Below, piece by piece: positions 1 through 13,830 of a stretch of DNA of 64,000 bases (position 1 is its first letter; each line of letters begins with the position of its first letter). This DNA is from Balanoglossus misakiensis (Eukaryota; Animalia; Hemichordata). The DNA is taken from the NCBI GenBank assembly GCA_040954595.2, contig CM082588.2, forward strand, positions 4,776,156 through 4,840,155, in the 5' to 3' direction. The notes beneath the pieces were generated by a model, which was not told the origin of the DNA, ran no database searches, and worked only from the letters and a program-made list of their open reading frames with translations. The translations under genes were made by a program, and so were the position numbers.

Positions 1-50
1 TTATTACTATACTCTTGAAGGCATTTACTATTAGACGAATCACAGCTTAC

Positions 51-3000
51 CTGACATGATCTATCATTGACAAGTTCTATAGACCATCTTCCTTCATACT
101 TGATCCACACAAAGATGACCCCATTGGCATCACACGTTGCCATCTTCTGAAAAGGTTCATTCCAGCTGACCAGTATCACCTGCAAAAGAAACACTGCATG
201 TCAGTTTTAAGGTAGTAGTTTGAACCAAAACATGCAAAAATCGGCCATCTTGAAATTGTGTCGACCGTATGGGATTTTCATCACTCACCTAGGTAGCAAA
301 AATCTATTTAAAGTCAGTGAGAATTGGACATCAGATGTGCATGGTGCACTAATCCCTCGGCTGTAGCGAGGATTATTGATAATAATGTTGATTGAGTGTA
401 AAAAGTCGAGGCTGAAAATAAATTCCCCGAGGATAGCAATCAGCAATATTGATATTTCTACATTTATAAACCGTGCACGTGTGTACTGTACTGTATACAT
501 GTGCTGTGATGCTACAGGTAAAAAGAGCACTGTCTGCGAGCAATTTAACAAATCACGGATGAGTACTTGTACAGCGACGTAGACATATGCGAATTAAGTA
601 CTTAGACGGAGCGACGTCGATTTAAACATCTGAACCACGGTTACTAGAAGAAGTAACCGTGTCTGAACTGACAGGACATATTGCGTTCAAATTACTCTGT
701 GTGTACAACACTACACTGTACCTCAGGGGAGTTTTTACCTCAGACAAAATATAAGTTCATATGTATAGTGTACATGTTATGTAACACTGCATTGCGTTCG
801 ACATCAAATTTTTATTTTGAAATAAATCAACATTTCACGTTGTTCGATGACAATTTAAGAGACTTAGTGGCTGATAGATGTGCTGCTAAACGTACCATCT
901 ACCATTGGCTACAGCTACAACAATCTTTTCGTTTCATATGCATGCATTTATCTACATTTCATGATAGCAAAAGAAAGAAAGAAATTCTGAACTCAAGATA
1001 CACCCCTGTTGATTTCTAATTGGTTTGGCCTCAGGGTGTACCTAAAATGATTACTATCTAAAGAACCCCACAAGCAGTACGAAACCTTAAGGTTGGAATT
1101 AATTATGCTATAATTACACTATTGGAAACGCCATCCTGTCCAGACACACACAAGGCACACTACACATACACACACATTATACATAGGATGCGAGTGGATC
1201 AAACTGGTCTCAACCAGTCCTAGCCAGTTAGACGATATACCAGTCAAAACTGGTTAAATCTTTTTTTTTTTTTAAATTGATAATATATCTTTTAAATAAG
1301 TTTCTGGTGTTATTACATCACATATGAATTGAGCATGCAAAATGAAGTCTGCTTTTTTAAACATGGAAATCCAATATCGAATAGCCAAGTTATACACATT
1401 TGAAAATTAAAAATAGTGGCGTGCTTTTGGTCAAAATTTGAAAATATTATTCAATAATTCAATGTCAATATGCAGAATGGGAAGAAACATCCAATCCCCT
1501 TGGAACCATCTAGAAAGTGCTTTTGCAGATTAGTTCTTGCGTCACAAGAAGGATACAGAAATAAATCAAAGCACTGATCGAATGTTTACAGACATTGATA
1601 CTTACTGATAAATAAAAATGAGAATACAGGATGGCATATATATATCAAGTGTGTGATTAATGTGAAAGAAATTAATGGAAAAAAAAAATCTAGCAAAGCC
1701 AGTCAGACTGCAATGAGACAATATGATATCTTCTGAAAGATGGAGAGAAATGCCTTCTGGGTAAATATGTTAGAGATGAAATTTATAACTAGGACTGTAT
1801 TGAAGGACAGACCACTACAATACATCAATGGCTGCTGCGTGAGATGCAAAAGAATATCCGAAACAAGAAACTAAAGTTGACACAGAGATAAAAAATTGAA
1901 AAGACAGACAAAAGATACAGATACTTGAGCGTTAACAACAGTCACATTCGACAAACTCTTTATAAATATTTCAGCTCAGTGTATGTTTACAGCATTGACA
2001 TGGCTATCGCAGCTGCGTTTTGAAACACCTATACAAGTATCAAATATCGACTGTATTTTTCAAATGTATTGCTGAAATGAACCAATGTGTTGATATGCTA
2101 GACTGCTCAAAAACACAGAATGTGATATCCTCAGATCTTTTTGACATACAAAGTTTTCAGGTGTAACATTTCATTGCTGAGATAAGTGAGCTCACTTATT
2201 CATAAGATATTTTCTCTAATCCCAAGTGTTCAATTTCATTTATATATGAATAATTTTCAGTATCTTTATGTGACAAGAGCAATATGTAGATTTATGCAAA
2301 CGATGACGGCCATCAGGCAGAATTAAATTGAACGCCATGCGAGACTCCCTCCCGCCGTGATACAATTTAATTGCCATCCTCGTTTTGTACCCACACCACG
2401 CCGCGTAAGTCTTTGCCCTTTGGGGAGGTCTCGCTACTTGTTCGTTCACAGTGAGGTCAGCGTTACCAGCAGAATGTGAATTATGCTACCTTGTTGCGAA
2501 AACTCAATACATGCATTACCTGTGCCCGTAATGATCACCGGGGTCAGGTTTCCGATACGTGATAGCTGTTTGTTATTCATATAGCTTAAGGAAACTGAAT
2601 GACGCCTAATGCCCGTCTATGTATGTTCTCAATAATCACAACTTATGTTTGCATTGTATACAGAAAGAGATGCCTTGCAAATACATCAGCTGAATGACCT
2701 CTGAGTGATATCAATTTATTCTCAAATTCAGAACAGCTAGTACAATATATTCTTCATGCATTAATATAAATGTCTGTCTGTCTGTCTGTATGTATGTACG
2801 TACGTACGTATGTATGTATGTATGTATGTATGTATGTATGTGTGTATGTATTTACGTATACGTATGTATGTATGTATGTATGTATGTATGTATGTGGCAT
2901 AGACTATAGATCTATTATTAGCTGAATAACATTAATATGGATCTATCATGACAGACAGACAGAATAACACGGGGCAGAATTTTGCTAATTTTATCCAGAG

Positions 3001-6000
3001 ACTGTTGTACACGCATATTCTGCTCACACTTGAGTCACTGTGGATATCCGATTCCACACAGGTAATTTGAAGGAATGGCAGTGTGACGGCAGACTCACAC
3101 ATGAGTAGCCATGGGAATCCTGCAACTGTTGGCAATTGCTAGTGTTACTACCAGGCACGGCCAATTCTACAAAGCGGTTCCTTGTTTCACACACAGCTGC
3201 ATCGGTCACAGGCGACTGCACCTTAATTTTGAGAGGTGTTTACAGACAGAGTGTTGAAACACTTGTTGTTTGTGCGTACAGCAACTGGACTATTCCCACA
3301 AGTACACAGACTTATATTGCGTTAGATTACTGTTACATGAGTGACTGCTGTACTATCAGACCATGAAAAAAATTCCTATTAGTCATTTCTTTAGGGGGAG
3401 GATGTGCATGCAATATACAGCATACATTCTACAATTTATCATTAAAGGGGCATGCGTTAAACACAGCTGACCTGTTCCCCTTTAAACAGTTCTGAGCACA
3501 GACGAACGTCCACTGTTTATATCTACAGATATGCCCATGTCAACTAATATGGGCTTTTAAGTATTAATTCAATCAGGTTAATAGCCATGACTCTAAACCG
3601 CCCCATCAATGATTGATGTAAAAATGCAAGGAAGTTTAATAGGTTGCTTCAAAAGTGGTGAAATATTAATGAGTAATTTGTCCTGAATTCCATGGTGAAT
3701 GCAGTTGAATAAATAATGAAGGATAACTACATACACTGTCGCTGCTTAATTGGAGATTATTTTTATCATCGAGAACTATGAAAAAAACAGTAGGCATTTC
3801 AATAAAAAAAAAACGGGGACAAAATTGGGATAGATAGCTAGTTTATGAAATGCTGGAGAAGAACTGCTGAGTCAGCACCTTTTCACCATTTTTCCCCGAT
3901 GGCCAAAAGAATCCAATGAAAGTAATCTCCAAAGCACTGTGGCCATGCAATTTTATTTGATCACTATATTTAATTTCCTTTGGCCGAGCAATATGCACGA
4001 AAATTCATGGAAATGGCAATTGTGGAAGTGGGGTTTCTAGGAATTCGCAATTTATCCTTATGGGAAGAGACAAATATGAACCTATCATTGTGCATGTACA
4101 GCCTTCGCGTGACAATTCCTGTAAGCGCCGGAAAGCGTTGTCAACGTACCAGGTAGTTTTTCGTATCCAAGCAGGCTTTGGAAAGATAATTATTTTATTT
4201 CAGAGTGGTGTGTTTGGTGGATATGTACGATATATAAACCTCGGCATGAAAGGTATAACGTTGTTATTCCTCTCACTTGCTGATGAAGTTCAGATGCAAA
4301 GATTGAGGTCATTGCCACCAAGCTTCTATTGATTGAATTTTTCCCTGCCTATTGATTTGTCTGGTCGACAGACCACTTTAACTATCAAGCATCTAAAAAA
4401 TCGATTTAATATGGTGCAGGAAATGGCCTTTATGCTTGACAGGAAAAATATGTAATGATCGCTAAATATCACTTTTGAGTACCATAATCCATATATATTA
4501 AAGTAGCATTGTCATCAATAAATGGCCTCTTTTCAAGGGAGTGGTATAGGGTATTTTACTACCAGGGGCTGTCTTTTATTTTCAGAGACATCTGTGAGAG
4601 AATCATCCTGTGCATAACCTGCAGTACTGTTAGGCTCAATGTTTTGCCTTATGTTAGGGGTCCGACGACAAAATCAGAGATACAGGAACGACCTATCTGA
4701 GAGTATATACACACAGTCAGCCTATAGTGAATGGGATTCTGTTGGTGTCTGTGAACATTTTTCTCCAGTTCTGATTAGACTTGCAAGACTTGGTTGGAAT
4801 TTCACTGCTTTTGAAACTATTGAGAGAATACATTGAGAAAACAGAAATGTTAGTTTGTGATGACATTTACCAGGATACTGACCATCTCAGAAAAGCAATT
4901 TGTTCATTGAAAAACAATTTGAAATAAACGAGGCTGCAGAAAATGTCAGTGAACCCCTGGAGACAGGAAGGTGGGAAGACAAGACAGAAACAGGAAAGGT
5001 AATAGGCCAAGGCGATGATAAAGAAGAAAGTTCAAGCATCCTACATACAAATGACTCAAAGGTCAGGATTGATAGCTATGGCAGTCAAAACTGACCGGGG
5101 ACTATAGAAGTCACATATTATTGCATCCTGATTATTGTTCCATATTTCTCCAGCAAGGAAGGGCCCAGGCTTGGCAGCGGACTCACCCCTAATTACAGTG
5201 AATATCTACAAATGAGGCTGCATCCTTTCAAGATCCGCCTCAGGCTGATTTCCATGCACCCAGTGGATCTATCTTTCTGCTAAGGAAGAGTGAAAGTGTT
5301 GACAAGTCTGGCAGAATTACCGAAGTTGGCAATATTGATGTGTGAGAAGAATTATATGGGTTCTGTTGACTTCTTGTTTATATATATAGAGGGTGTATAA
5401 TCCACTCACTTTTGGTAACAGATGTTTTAATGTTACATATTCTTCAGCCTCTGTGCATTGGCCAATCTGCCATGACATAGGCAAGCCAATTATCAGAGTC
5501 ATTTTCCAATTTACTCACGTGGATGCTCTGGCAACAAGTCCAATCCATGTTGTTTTTCTTCTTCAAACTAAATGTTGAGCCGCCCCCCTGGGCTCTAATA
5601 GGGCTCTAATAAGGCCAAACAACAGTATTTGTAGCTGTACAGGGGGCCTGACAATTTTGTCAACAGATTCAGATTGTGTAACTGCATGCTGTCCTGACTC
5701 TCATAGTCTAGTACCTAGCATCATCCCTTTTGATCATGGCTGCATCTTCATCACGACATAATAAGTCCAATGAACAAAACCATCTTTACAGAGGAAATCC
5801 AACTCCTTTTTCACTTCTGAGGTTTGTGTCAGGAGTCTCTTCTTGAAGAGAGAGATCTTGTTAACTCTCTGCAGGGCTTCCCTAATCAGATAGTATGTCT
5901 TGTATTTATCCACACAATGATGATCATACGATACATTTTTGTCAGATCAGTTTCGAGTTTGCTTAAATGACTGAACTGACGTATTCTAGCCATTGTGATG

Positions 6001-8165
6001 ACATATTTAACGACAGAAGGTCAGATTACTACACATTTACAAAGAAGCTTCATGTTTTGACAAGGCTGTAACAATTTAGCCTATTCAATTCCATCTCACT
6101 GGGGTCAATACCGTGGCAACTGGAATGACTGTGCCCACAAAGAAGAGGAAGCAACTTTAATAAATAGCAGCAGGCTTTGACTTGATTTAAGGCAGAATAC
6201 TCTCTCTTCTCTTTACAGAAGAATGATTTCTAAATAAAACTCATGGAAAGAGATGATAAGATCTGTAAACTGTAGCCAGTAAGAAAATGATTACCAACCA
6301 ACCATATCAATCACAATCTGTTGATATTTCTCTCAGTTTCTGCGAAAACTGAAACGTTAATTTCACGACAGATTCACACACAGGAACGTCAAATATGGAC
6401 TTTGAAGTGGTACTGTATGCCACAAAACAATTCAGCAGTGAAGTGACTCACGTCGGTAAATACTAATTCATTACTGTTTACTTGTTGTAAATCAAAATGC
6501 TATGGATGTAGAAACATTTAGGATAATTGCGAAAAACAAGGCCAGTGTTTGAATTAAGCCAGCTTCATCATTCTTGACACCTAAACAATGCTACCTTGTT
6601 ACTCCAGGGCCACTGATATCAAATTCATGCTGGTGTTTGTTTGCTCACCTAGAGAGGCTATTATCATTTTAACCTCCCTAGGCTGTTGATTTTAAATAAC
6701 ATATGTAACAGACCCAGACTGACACTCTTGAGAATGTTACAAGAAAACGTAGGTCTGAAGATTGGTGTTACTCATGAATAATTAAAACATGCACATTTCC
6801 TCCTCTCTCTCTCAGCCTCACAATTTCAGAACGCATAAATTTAAAAAGCCATAACTTTGAAGCTGTCAGGAACATTTTAGGTGGTTTATATTATTCATGC
6901 AAATCAACATATCCAACATTACTTGAAGTTGATACTCATTACGTCAGCAACTACTCGAACACTCCCATTTTATTAAATTTCATCTTGAATAAATAAAGTC
7001 GTAGTCACACTTCCCATCCCTCTTATCAATTCCATGACAGTTCCCTTTATAGTACACATGATTAATATTTCTATCAAGTATGTGTATGTTATGAAACTGT
7101 GCCTTACAGATAACAGTCACTGATTATGTTCACCCTAGAGCAGTTTTCAATTCTAGATTATTCTGTAGAAAAACTGAAACGTGTGGAAAATAATGTCTCA
7201 ATTGTAACAAGTCCATATCCTGTTGAAAATTGTGTCTACTTATATTTTGTAATAACTGTCTACACATAAATTAGTCCCTTTCCCTCATTCATGGATATTC
7301 CCATCATATGGGTCAAATTATAGCAACAGATGTGAAAACATTGTATAATGGACTAACAAACGATTTTAATATCACCTACTCTTATAAGTGAGATTTTATA
7401 TCATTATACATATATATAATATCTACACCATATATTATGTATATATATAATATATATATTATTCAATTCAATTTAAATATTTTATTGTTAACAACAAGTG
7501 TGAAAATTGTCAAACTGTCTTCAGTTTCATCCATAAAGTTAAAAATAGATTCAATGTGTGACAAACAAATTAATAATGTCTTTCAATTCCCTATTCAATA
7601 TATAGTATAGGCAGATCACTTACTAAAGTAGTTGAGTATATTTTATGTTGCGAAGAACACATTTATGATACCATTTCAATTATTCAGCATTGGAACAGTC
7701 CAATTTCAAGTCTTTTTCTGATTTACTGACTGAAACTGATTTTCTCAGACAGGAATATCATTAAAGAATTACATGCATATTGCAAAGAACAATATACATG
7801 GCCTTCGAAATGAACGACCGTGTATGTTGCTATTTGCATATGTGAGAAGGGAGAACATTTTTCTAAGGATGTGGTGCGTGCTCGGGTTCATCAATTGGTA
7901 GGGCACGTCTTACCTCAGAATTGTGACCCCGAAGGTTAAAATTCGTTCGGTTTGGAACGACGAAATCCTTTTTGCAATGACTTGTAGTGAAGGTAGCGCC
8001 CACAATCCCCTTGGCGTTGCCACTGGCTAGCCATCCTTCAGTGTAACATCTCTTGCGGGTGTAACTCTTGTCCTTTTCTGTTTCGGGAACTGTCCCCTTC
8101 CAGGATAGTGAGAGTATCGCACAATCGCTTCTGGCTGCCGGGTTGTCTTCGAGGACAGCGTGCAT
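51..8165 (-). CDS. TULP4: Tubby-related protein 4 (N-terminal WD40 region), partial: coding exons 1-2; the gene continues beyond the left edge
   Basis: Exon 1 7914-8165 (84 codons, MHAVLEDNPAARSDCAILSLSWKG...EGWLASGN...NFNLRGHNSE, donor GTAAGA) joins in phase 0 to exon 2 51-179 (VILVSWNEPFQKMATCDANGVIFVWIKYEGRWSIELVNDRSCQ, acceptor CAG, donor GTAAG). This closely resembles the vertebrate TULP4 N-terminus as I recall it (LSWKG, EGWLATGN, NLRGHNSEVVLVRWNEPYQKLATCD). Confidence 0.95.
636..661. mobile_element. 26-bp palindromic mini-insertion with 7-bp direct repeats
   Basis: TCTGAAC|CACGGTTACT-agaaga-AGTAACCGTG|TCTGAAC: perfect 10-bp inverted repeat flanked by an exact 7-bp duplication (629-635, 662-668). 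Confidence 0.6.
2771..2895. repeat. Compound (TGTC)n/(TATG)n microsatellite
   Basis: Tetranucleotide runs directly visible, in TULP4 intron 1. Confidence 0.95.
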
Positions 8166-8519
8166 AGTGACCGACTATATGGTGTTTCCCCGTCTCGGAG
8201 GTTGCAAGCCAGATGATCCTTTCTCTTTACCCGCTGGTGGCCTCCGTTCGTTCCGCCGGCAACTGATGCGAACCAAACGCTTTACAACACACACAGAACG
8301 TCCACAGTAAATTCTGCATCTATGTTGAGTATGACGGTGGCTGCCAGTGGACACATTGTAAGGCAATAAATCAACCATAAAAATAGAGACAGACGAAACG
8401 CTGGAATTATACAACACCCGGTTGCTTTGTCCTGAGTTCAAAACAAAATATTGACTCGATAACACATCGCGATCGACCTTAATATTTGTTGAACCAAGAC
8501 ATCAAGGATTTTTTTTCCA

Positions 8520-8760
8520 GTGCGGCATTGACCTTTGAGAAACAATAATATATTCTGTATAAGTAAATCTACCTACAGTCCGCGAAAAGGGGGCAGTTGA
8601 ATATAATAAGCCACGGTGATCGGCGGTGCTCTTTGCGAATCATGATGTCTGGAAATGTGTTGTTAATCGAACGGAAGTGAAAGCGGGTCAAGGGTCATAA
8701 AGATCCTGATAAATTTAATGGTGGTCTCTCATCGATGAGGGCGTAACATGGCAACAGAAA
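8520..8760 (-). promoter_or_regulatory. Probable TULP4 promoter
   Basis: CpG-enriched stretch upstream of exon 1 with CGGAAGTG (8672), DR1 GGGTCAaGGGTCA (8685-8697) and a half X-box CATGGCAAC (~8747). Confidence 0.45.
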
Positions 8761-10217
8761 GAGAGAGTGGTTTCCATGAAAGAATCATCAACATGAGCTC
8801 TCTCCACAACTAAATCAGAATAATTTCTGGTGGAAACGGACCTCTACCCTTTACCGCTTTTTTCAATATACAATAATTGGACCATAAAACTCATTCTCAG
8901 GTTTATTTTACGTTTGAATAAGTCCAGACACGATGGTCCATTTAGTAATGAAAACATGTTATGACTCAACAGGTGGCTGATTTTTCTGAAAATTCAATGT
9001 TTTAGTTCAACAAACTCGTCGCTAAATTGCTTTCGACGGATTCTGCAAATAGTAGTGAGTTTACTATGACCTCGGAGATAAAATTTAACCTTTGTCGCCT
9101 CGACAGGGCCATTGTACAGAGCAAGCAAACAACTTCAAACATAGGCTTGTGAATTTACACAAACACAAATCACATTTTCAGCTTACCTCAGCCACAGGGG
9201 CTGTGCCTCAGCTCAAACCTGCACATCCCTTGAGCCACGATCTCGCTCTAAAAACACCATACACCGCCACGGCATTTAAACCCCAGCCACTGTTGCTAAG
9301 ATACACACAACATGAGCTGCCAACTCCAGAGCAAATGAAGTTGCTAGTTGCGTATTAATAAATCATAACAAATGATGTGGATGTTGAACGTTAAACAAAT
9401 CCTGCTGATCAATTTAAATATTTATTGAATTAATTATTAACTGTTTCACTATATGATGTCACATACCAATTGTTGCTACCAAATGTGCTACCTCCAAGTC
9501 ACAAGATGAAAATGGCTTGTATGTTTTAAATAAATGCCATTTTACACACAAATAAGTTTTAAACAATAAAAAAACTTTATTCCTCACATCATAGATGTAA
9601 TAGAAGATTACAGGATGGATGGATTTATTTACTTTTCAGTGTTTCTTCTGTAAACCAGATGATGAGATTACTGAGACCTGGAAAGTATACAGATCAGATG
9701 GAACATGTGTTTGATGGCAAGAAGTTTTGCAATTTCTTGAGATTGAGTGATGGGAAGTTGTTTTCAGAATAGAAAATTATCAACCTTGCAAAATGATACA
9801 GCTGCTGTGATGGTCAATGCTGATACAAACCATCTCTATTTCAGTACACTTAGAAAACGAAGAACAGATGTATTCTCGCATTTAATATTTTACAACAGTT
9901 TGTGATTGCTCTGTCATCTTTGCTGATTAGGTGATAAGGACCAATCTTCAGAACCTGCTTAATCACACCCCTATTTACCATCAAAGTTAACTCATCCATG
10001 ATGTATATTGCAGGGCTATACCACAATACACACAGTAACAGGGGAGACAGCATGACAGGTTCAGTTGACAGAACACTCCAAACTGACTGAGCTACAGAAT
10101 AATACAATATAGTAGATATTTTCCATACATGGATAAAACTCTGAAAATGTCAGAACATGATAAAGTTATAGTCAACAAAAATAGTATTTCTTTAATTTCT
10201 CTTTCATTCTAAAAGGG

Positions 10218-13200
10218 TCATTTTTCGTCTTTACCAGAGTTACTGTAAACTTTGGTGAGAACAAATCTGTCTCTCAGAAGTTTGAAGATGATGTAATAGT
10301 TTGAGAAAAGCATCAGAGAGAGTGTGATAATGTGGTTCCAGTATGTCGATCGTAAGAGCAGGTAGAGCTGGTAGAATATCAACACCAACTGAAGTATTAT
10401 CAACCAGTTCAGCAACCGTAACGGCTTGTGAAACATAAACTGCAACACAAAGGGAAATAAACAAAGGTCAACATCAGTTAACCTCAAAGTACCACTGCCT
10501 GGCATAGTAAGCAACGGTAAATATAATTTGTCACAATGAACATGCATTTACTTGCATTACAATGTTTGCCAACACCGTGAATATTCAATGAGTCAAAGTA
10601 TCGCTAAACTACATTACCGAGTCTGTAGACACTTACATAAAATCTTGCATGAGAACTGTCAGCTGGGTACGCCACATTTTGCGGACCCATGGCTTTGTAT
10701 AATCCTTTGTTGTATCGTACCAGGACACCCTGCGGCCACACTGTCATGTCAGACCACCTGCCAATGCAAAACAGAGATTAATATCACATATACTGACATT
10801 CCCCCTCACCCTAGCCCTACATGGTAAATCTCAAGGGGGCAACCGTCTTGGTGGTTGATAATGACAAGACTTACACATGCTGTGGTGTGTTGCTGTATCC
10901 GTGATCAATCTTCTGCCACTTGCCCAAGTGCAGCGCACATCGGTGTAAGACATCGCAATATTTTGAAGGCATAAAATGAGCTGAGAACATGACGAAGGAA
11001 TTGAGCCAGACAAAGCCGATGTGTTGACACGACCACCACACGTCAAAATACAATGAATTCTGAGAAGAAAAAAAGAAAGTGTGTATATAAGCTTGTGACT
11101 TCTTTACTTCAGTGTGTCTCAATGTTCCCAACCTACACTGTACAGTTTTCACAAGGCATGATAAAGGATGGCCTCTATGGTATAGTATTGGGTAAAAGCA
11201 TGTAATACAAGTATATATATTTTATATTCAAAGAGGCATTTACAGCTACTGCTAACAATATATGATGTACACACCAGTCTCCACTCACCTGAACAAAACA
11301 GACTGGCACAAACCCAACATAGTAGGCACACACCATAGAGTTAAATAAAACTTGTTTTATGCGAGCGTTGAAATCACACCGCAAGCAGTCTGCCTCGTAT
11401 CTGATGGAGTCGGGCGACAGCGTACATTTGTGATACGGCAAAACTGACGGGCTGTTTTCTGTGATGGTGGCAATGGGTTTATTCTGCCGCTGGTCGTCTT
11501 TTGTCAGTTTGGAGTCCGAGTTCTGAGGTGGTGGGTTCGTGGACTTGTTCGGTTCCAGTGTTGAGCCATACAGCAGGAAATAAGACACCAATCTAGAGTT
11601 GGAAATAAAAGCAAGGGAGGTATGAAAGCCAATTGTACAGTCTCGGTCTGTCTTCTGCTACTGTATATCAGGAGTTTCCCTATTTTAATTTCGGTCCAAC
11701 TTCACCATAGAGAACAATGGATTCACACCAAACCATGATTCAGAAAGGGTTAAGTTAAACAGGCAAATAAGCTTCACAAAATAAACGATATTGTTGTACT
11801 TACGGATAGGCAAGGAAGAGCAAGTTAAGTACTGAATTGTTGAAGAACATGTTCACCAAGGTCCAAATCAACGTCCCCAACAACAACATTATCACAGTGC
11901 ACTTCAGAATCTGGGCCACCCAGAACAGTACTGCTTTCACTTCCAGAGAACTGTAGAACTATCCAACACAAAGATAAAAAGATGATTCAGTAAGAAAATG
12001 GTGATGTTTGTTCTGGATCCCATAGCTGACTGGGTCAATGCAGTCTCTCATTAATAACATGAATTAAACATTTTTAAAAGCTTATACTAACCTCAGTCAC
12101 CATTTTCCACACCATTCGTCTCGTTAGAACCACCACAATGAATATGACCAGATGTACATCGATCAAGTAGAAGTTCTGTATGAAACAAAGCACCGTATAG
12201 ATGATTTAAACTGCATGCTATTTAGGGTTCCCAAAAAGGGCTAACTAGGCAAGGTTTAGGACACTTTCATTGCAACTGCACATATGAGCTTGCTGACCAA
12301 AATGATCCTATTGCAACTCTTATTCTCAACTTGTTTTTTGGACCTGGCGATTCATTTCCCTTGAATGACAGTAATTGCTGGACATGTTTTGATGTCATAC
12401 TCTACAAAAAGACATTGTGTTACTGTACGATTCTTTTTGCTTTGTGAACTTGGGTTGCAATACTCACCAAAGCCGCGTTTGCTGGGGAATGGGGCAGCCA
12501 CCACACAGTGCGATAGATGTTGACGTACTGCAACAGCAGGGCCATCACTAAGTACATGAACATGGTGAACTCAAAGAAAAGGTTGTTGTCAGTCGGCAAG
12601 TCTGGTATCTCCTGGTGTCTTATCGGCGTGATGGTTATCAGTGTTGTGGTGACTGGGGCATTTCCAAGCACCATGTTAGGACCATTCCTGTCACGAAACA
12701 TTATTGACAATGCAAATAGTATTAGTTGTCATCCTTTATACAGAGAGTAAAATCAGTTTTTATTTCTCTTTTTCACATGAAAATTTGTGTTTTATACACA
12801 GTCACCTTCAATTTACATACTAGTATGCAAATATTTTGTTATGAGAGTTACTCTCAGTATGCTTGAGTCTTTTGTCAACAGGTACTTGTTATACATGTAA
12901 TAGTTGACTCAATCATAGAGGTACCTTCAATCATTAGCTCATTGTGTTGGCATCACACTCTGGGGACTCATCATAAAACATCACATGCAATATTAATATT
13001 CATCTGTATCGGTGTCACCACAGAGAAACCAATTTGTTAATGAATGAAAGGGTGCATATCATCATTCATCGCGAGTAACTTTACCGATTGTCATCGTTAC
13101 ACGTCAGCATGAATACAGGGAGTACTATTGTCCACTTCCTGTTTGTCATGCCATTCCCAGTGACAGAAGTGTTTATCATCACTCACTGGGAATCGTTTCG

Positions 13201-13500
13201 GTACACTGATCTAAGTTCTCATTATTCGCTGCATACGTATCGACACTGCCTCGGAAAACACGTCACACATTACATTGTGAAGCCCATATTCGTGTTTCAA
13301 AACACGAAAGCCTAATGAGTTAATTAGTCGATGTGAATAAATGAATGTTGACATCTACACGGTGTCCATTTCCAAGATGCATGATGAGAAACGTACCTTT
13401 GACGAAGCGTTGCACTTTGAGGCCCGCCAACTGCTTGAACGGGCGCAGGTACAGTTCTGCTGATTTGAGGCCTACCTGGCCCACGACGTCCCCCTGGCAT
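10218..13500 (-). CDS. TMEM39A: Transmembrane protein 39 (TMEM39A/B homolog), ~464 aa, 8 coding exons
   Basis: Exons 13397-13500, 12468-12687, 12092-12175, 11804-11958, 11289-11592, 10875-11059, 10637-10757, 10218-10439; all GT-AG, total 1395 nt in frame. Family motifs: [84 protein letters not shown]. Confidence 0.95.
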
Positions 13501-13830
13501 TCTTCGATTTCTTGCAACAAAATGCTACTTATTTACAGGACTGTCATGATTCAAATTTGGTCAGTCTGGCTGCCCTCAGCTCATTCCAACATTGCCGGAA
13601 GTACAAGGAATGTCGGGAAATGAAGTGTTATTACTTTACGGCATCGAATTTTAATGTGACAAAACACAGAAACCCTCATGGTGAATTCTACCCACCCTCT
13701 GAATATATTTCAGCCTTTTAACATGTCTTACTACAAGTCTTTCGTGAGACTATGTATGTGAAAACTACAAAGGTCACGAACCTCTCTGAGGACAGCAGCG
13801 AGGTCAGAGGCTGGGTCACAGGGGTCACAC
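13501..13830. promoter_or_regulatory. Bidirectional promoter region of TMEM39 and PEBP
   Basis: 330 bp between divergent ATGs; ETS motif CCGGAAGT 13595-13602; four RGGTCA half-sites at 13771, 13801, 13813, 13822. Confidence 0.65.

Noticed and set aside
207-500. TTAAGGTAG start and repeat-like sequence in TULP4 intron 1
   Set aside because: Resembles a Kolobok-type MITE end but I could not find the matching terminus.
5917-5979. C/D-box-like ATGATGA...CTGA
   Set aside because: On the strand opposite the host TULP4 intron, with no terminal stem or recognisable guide.
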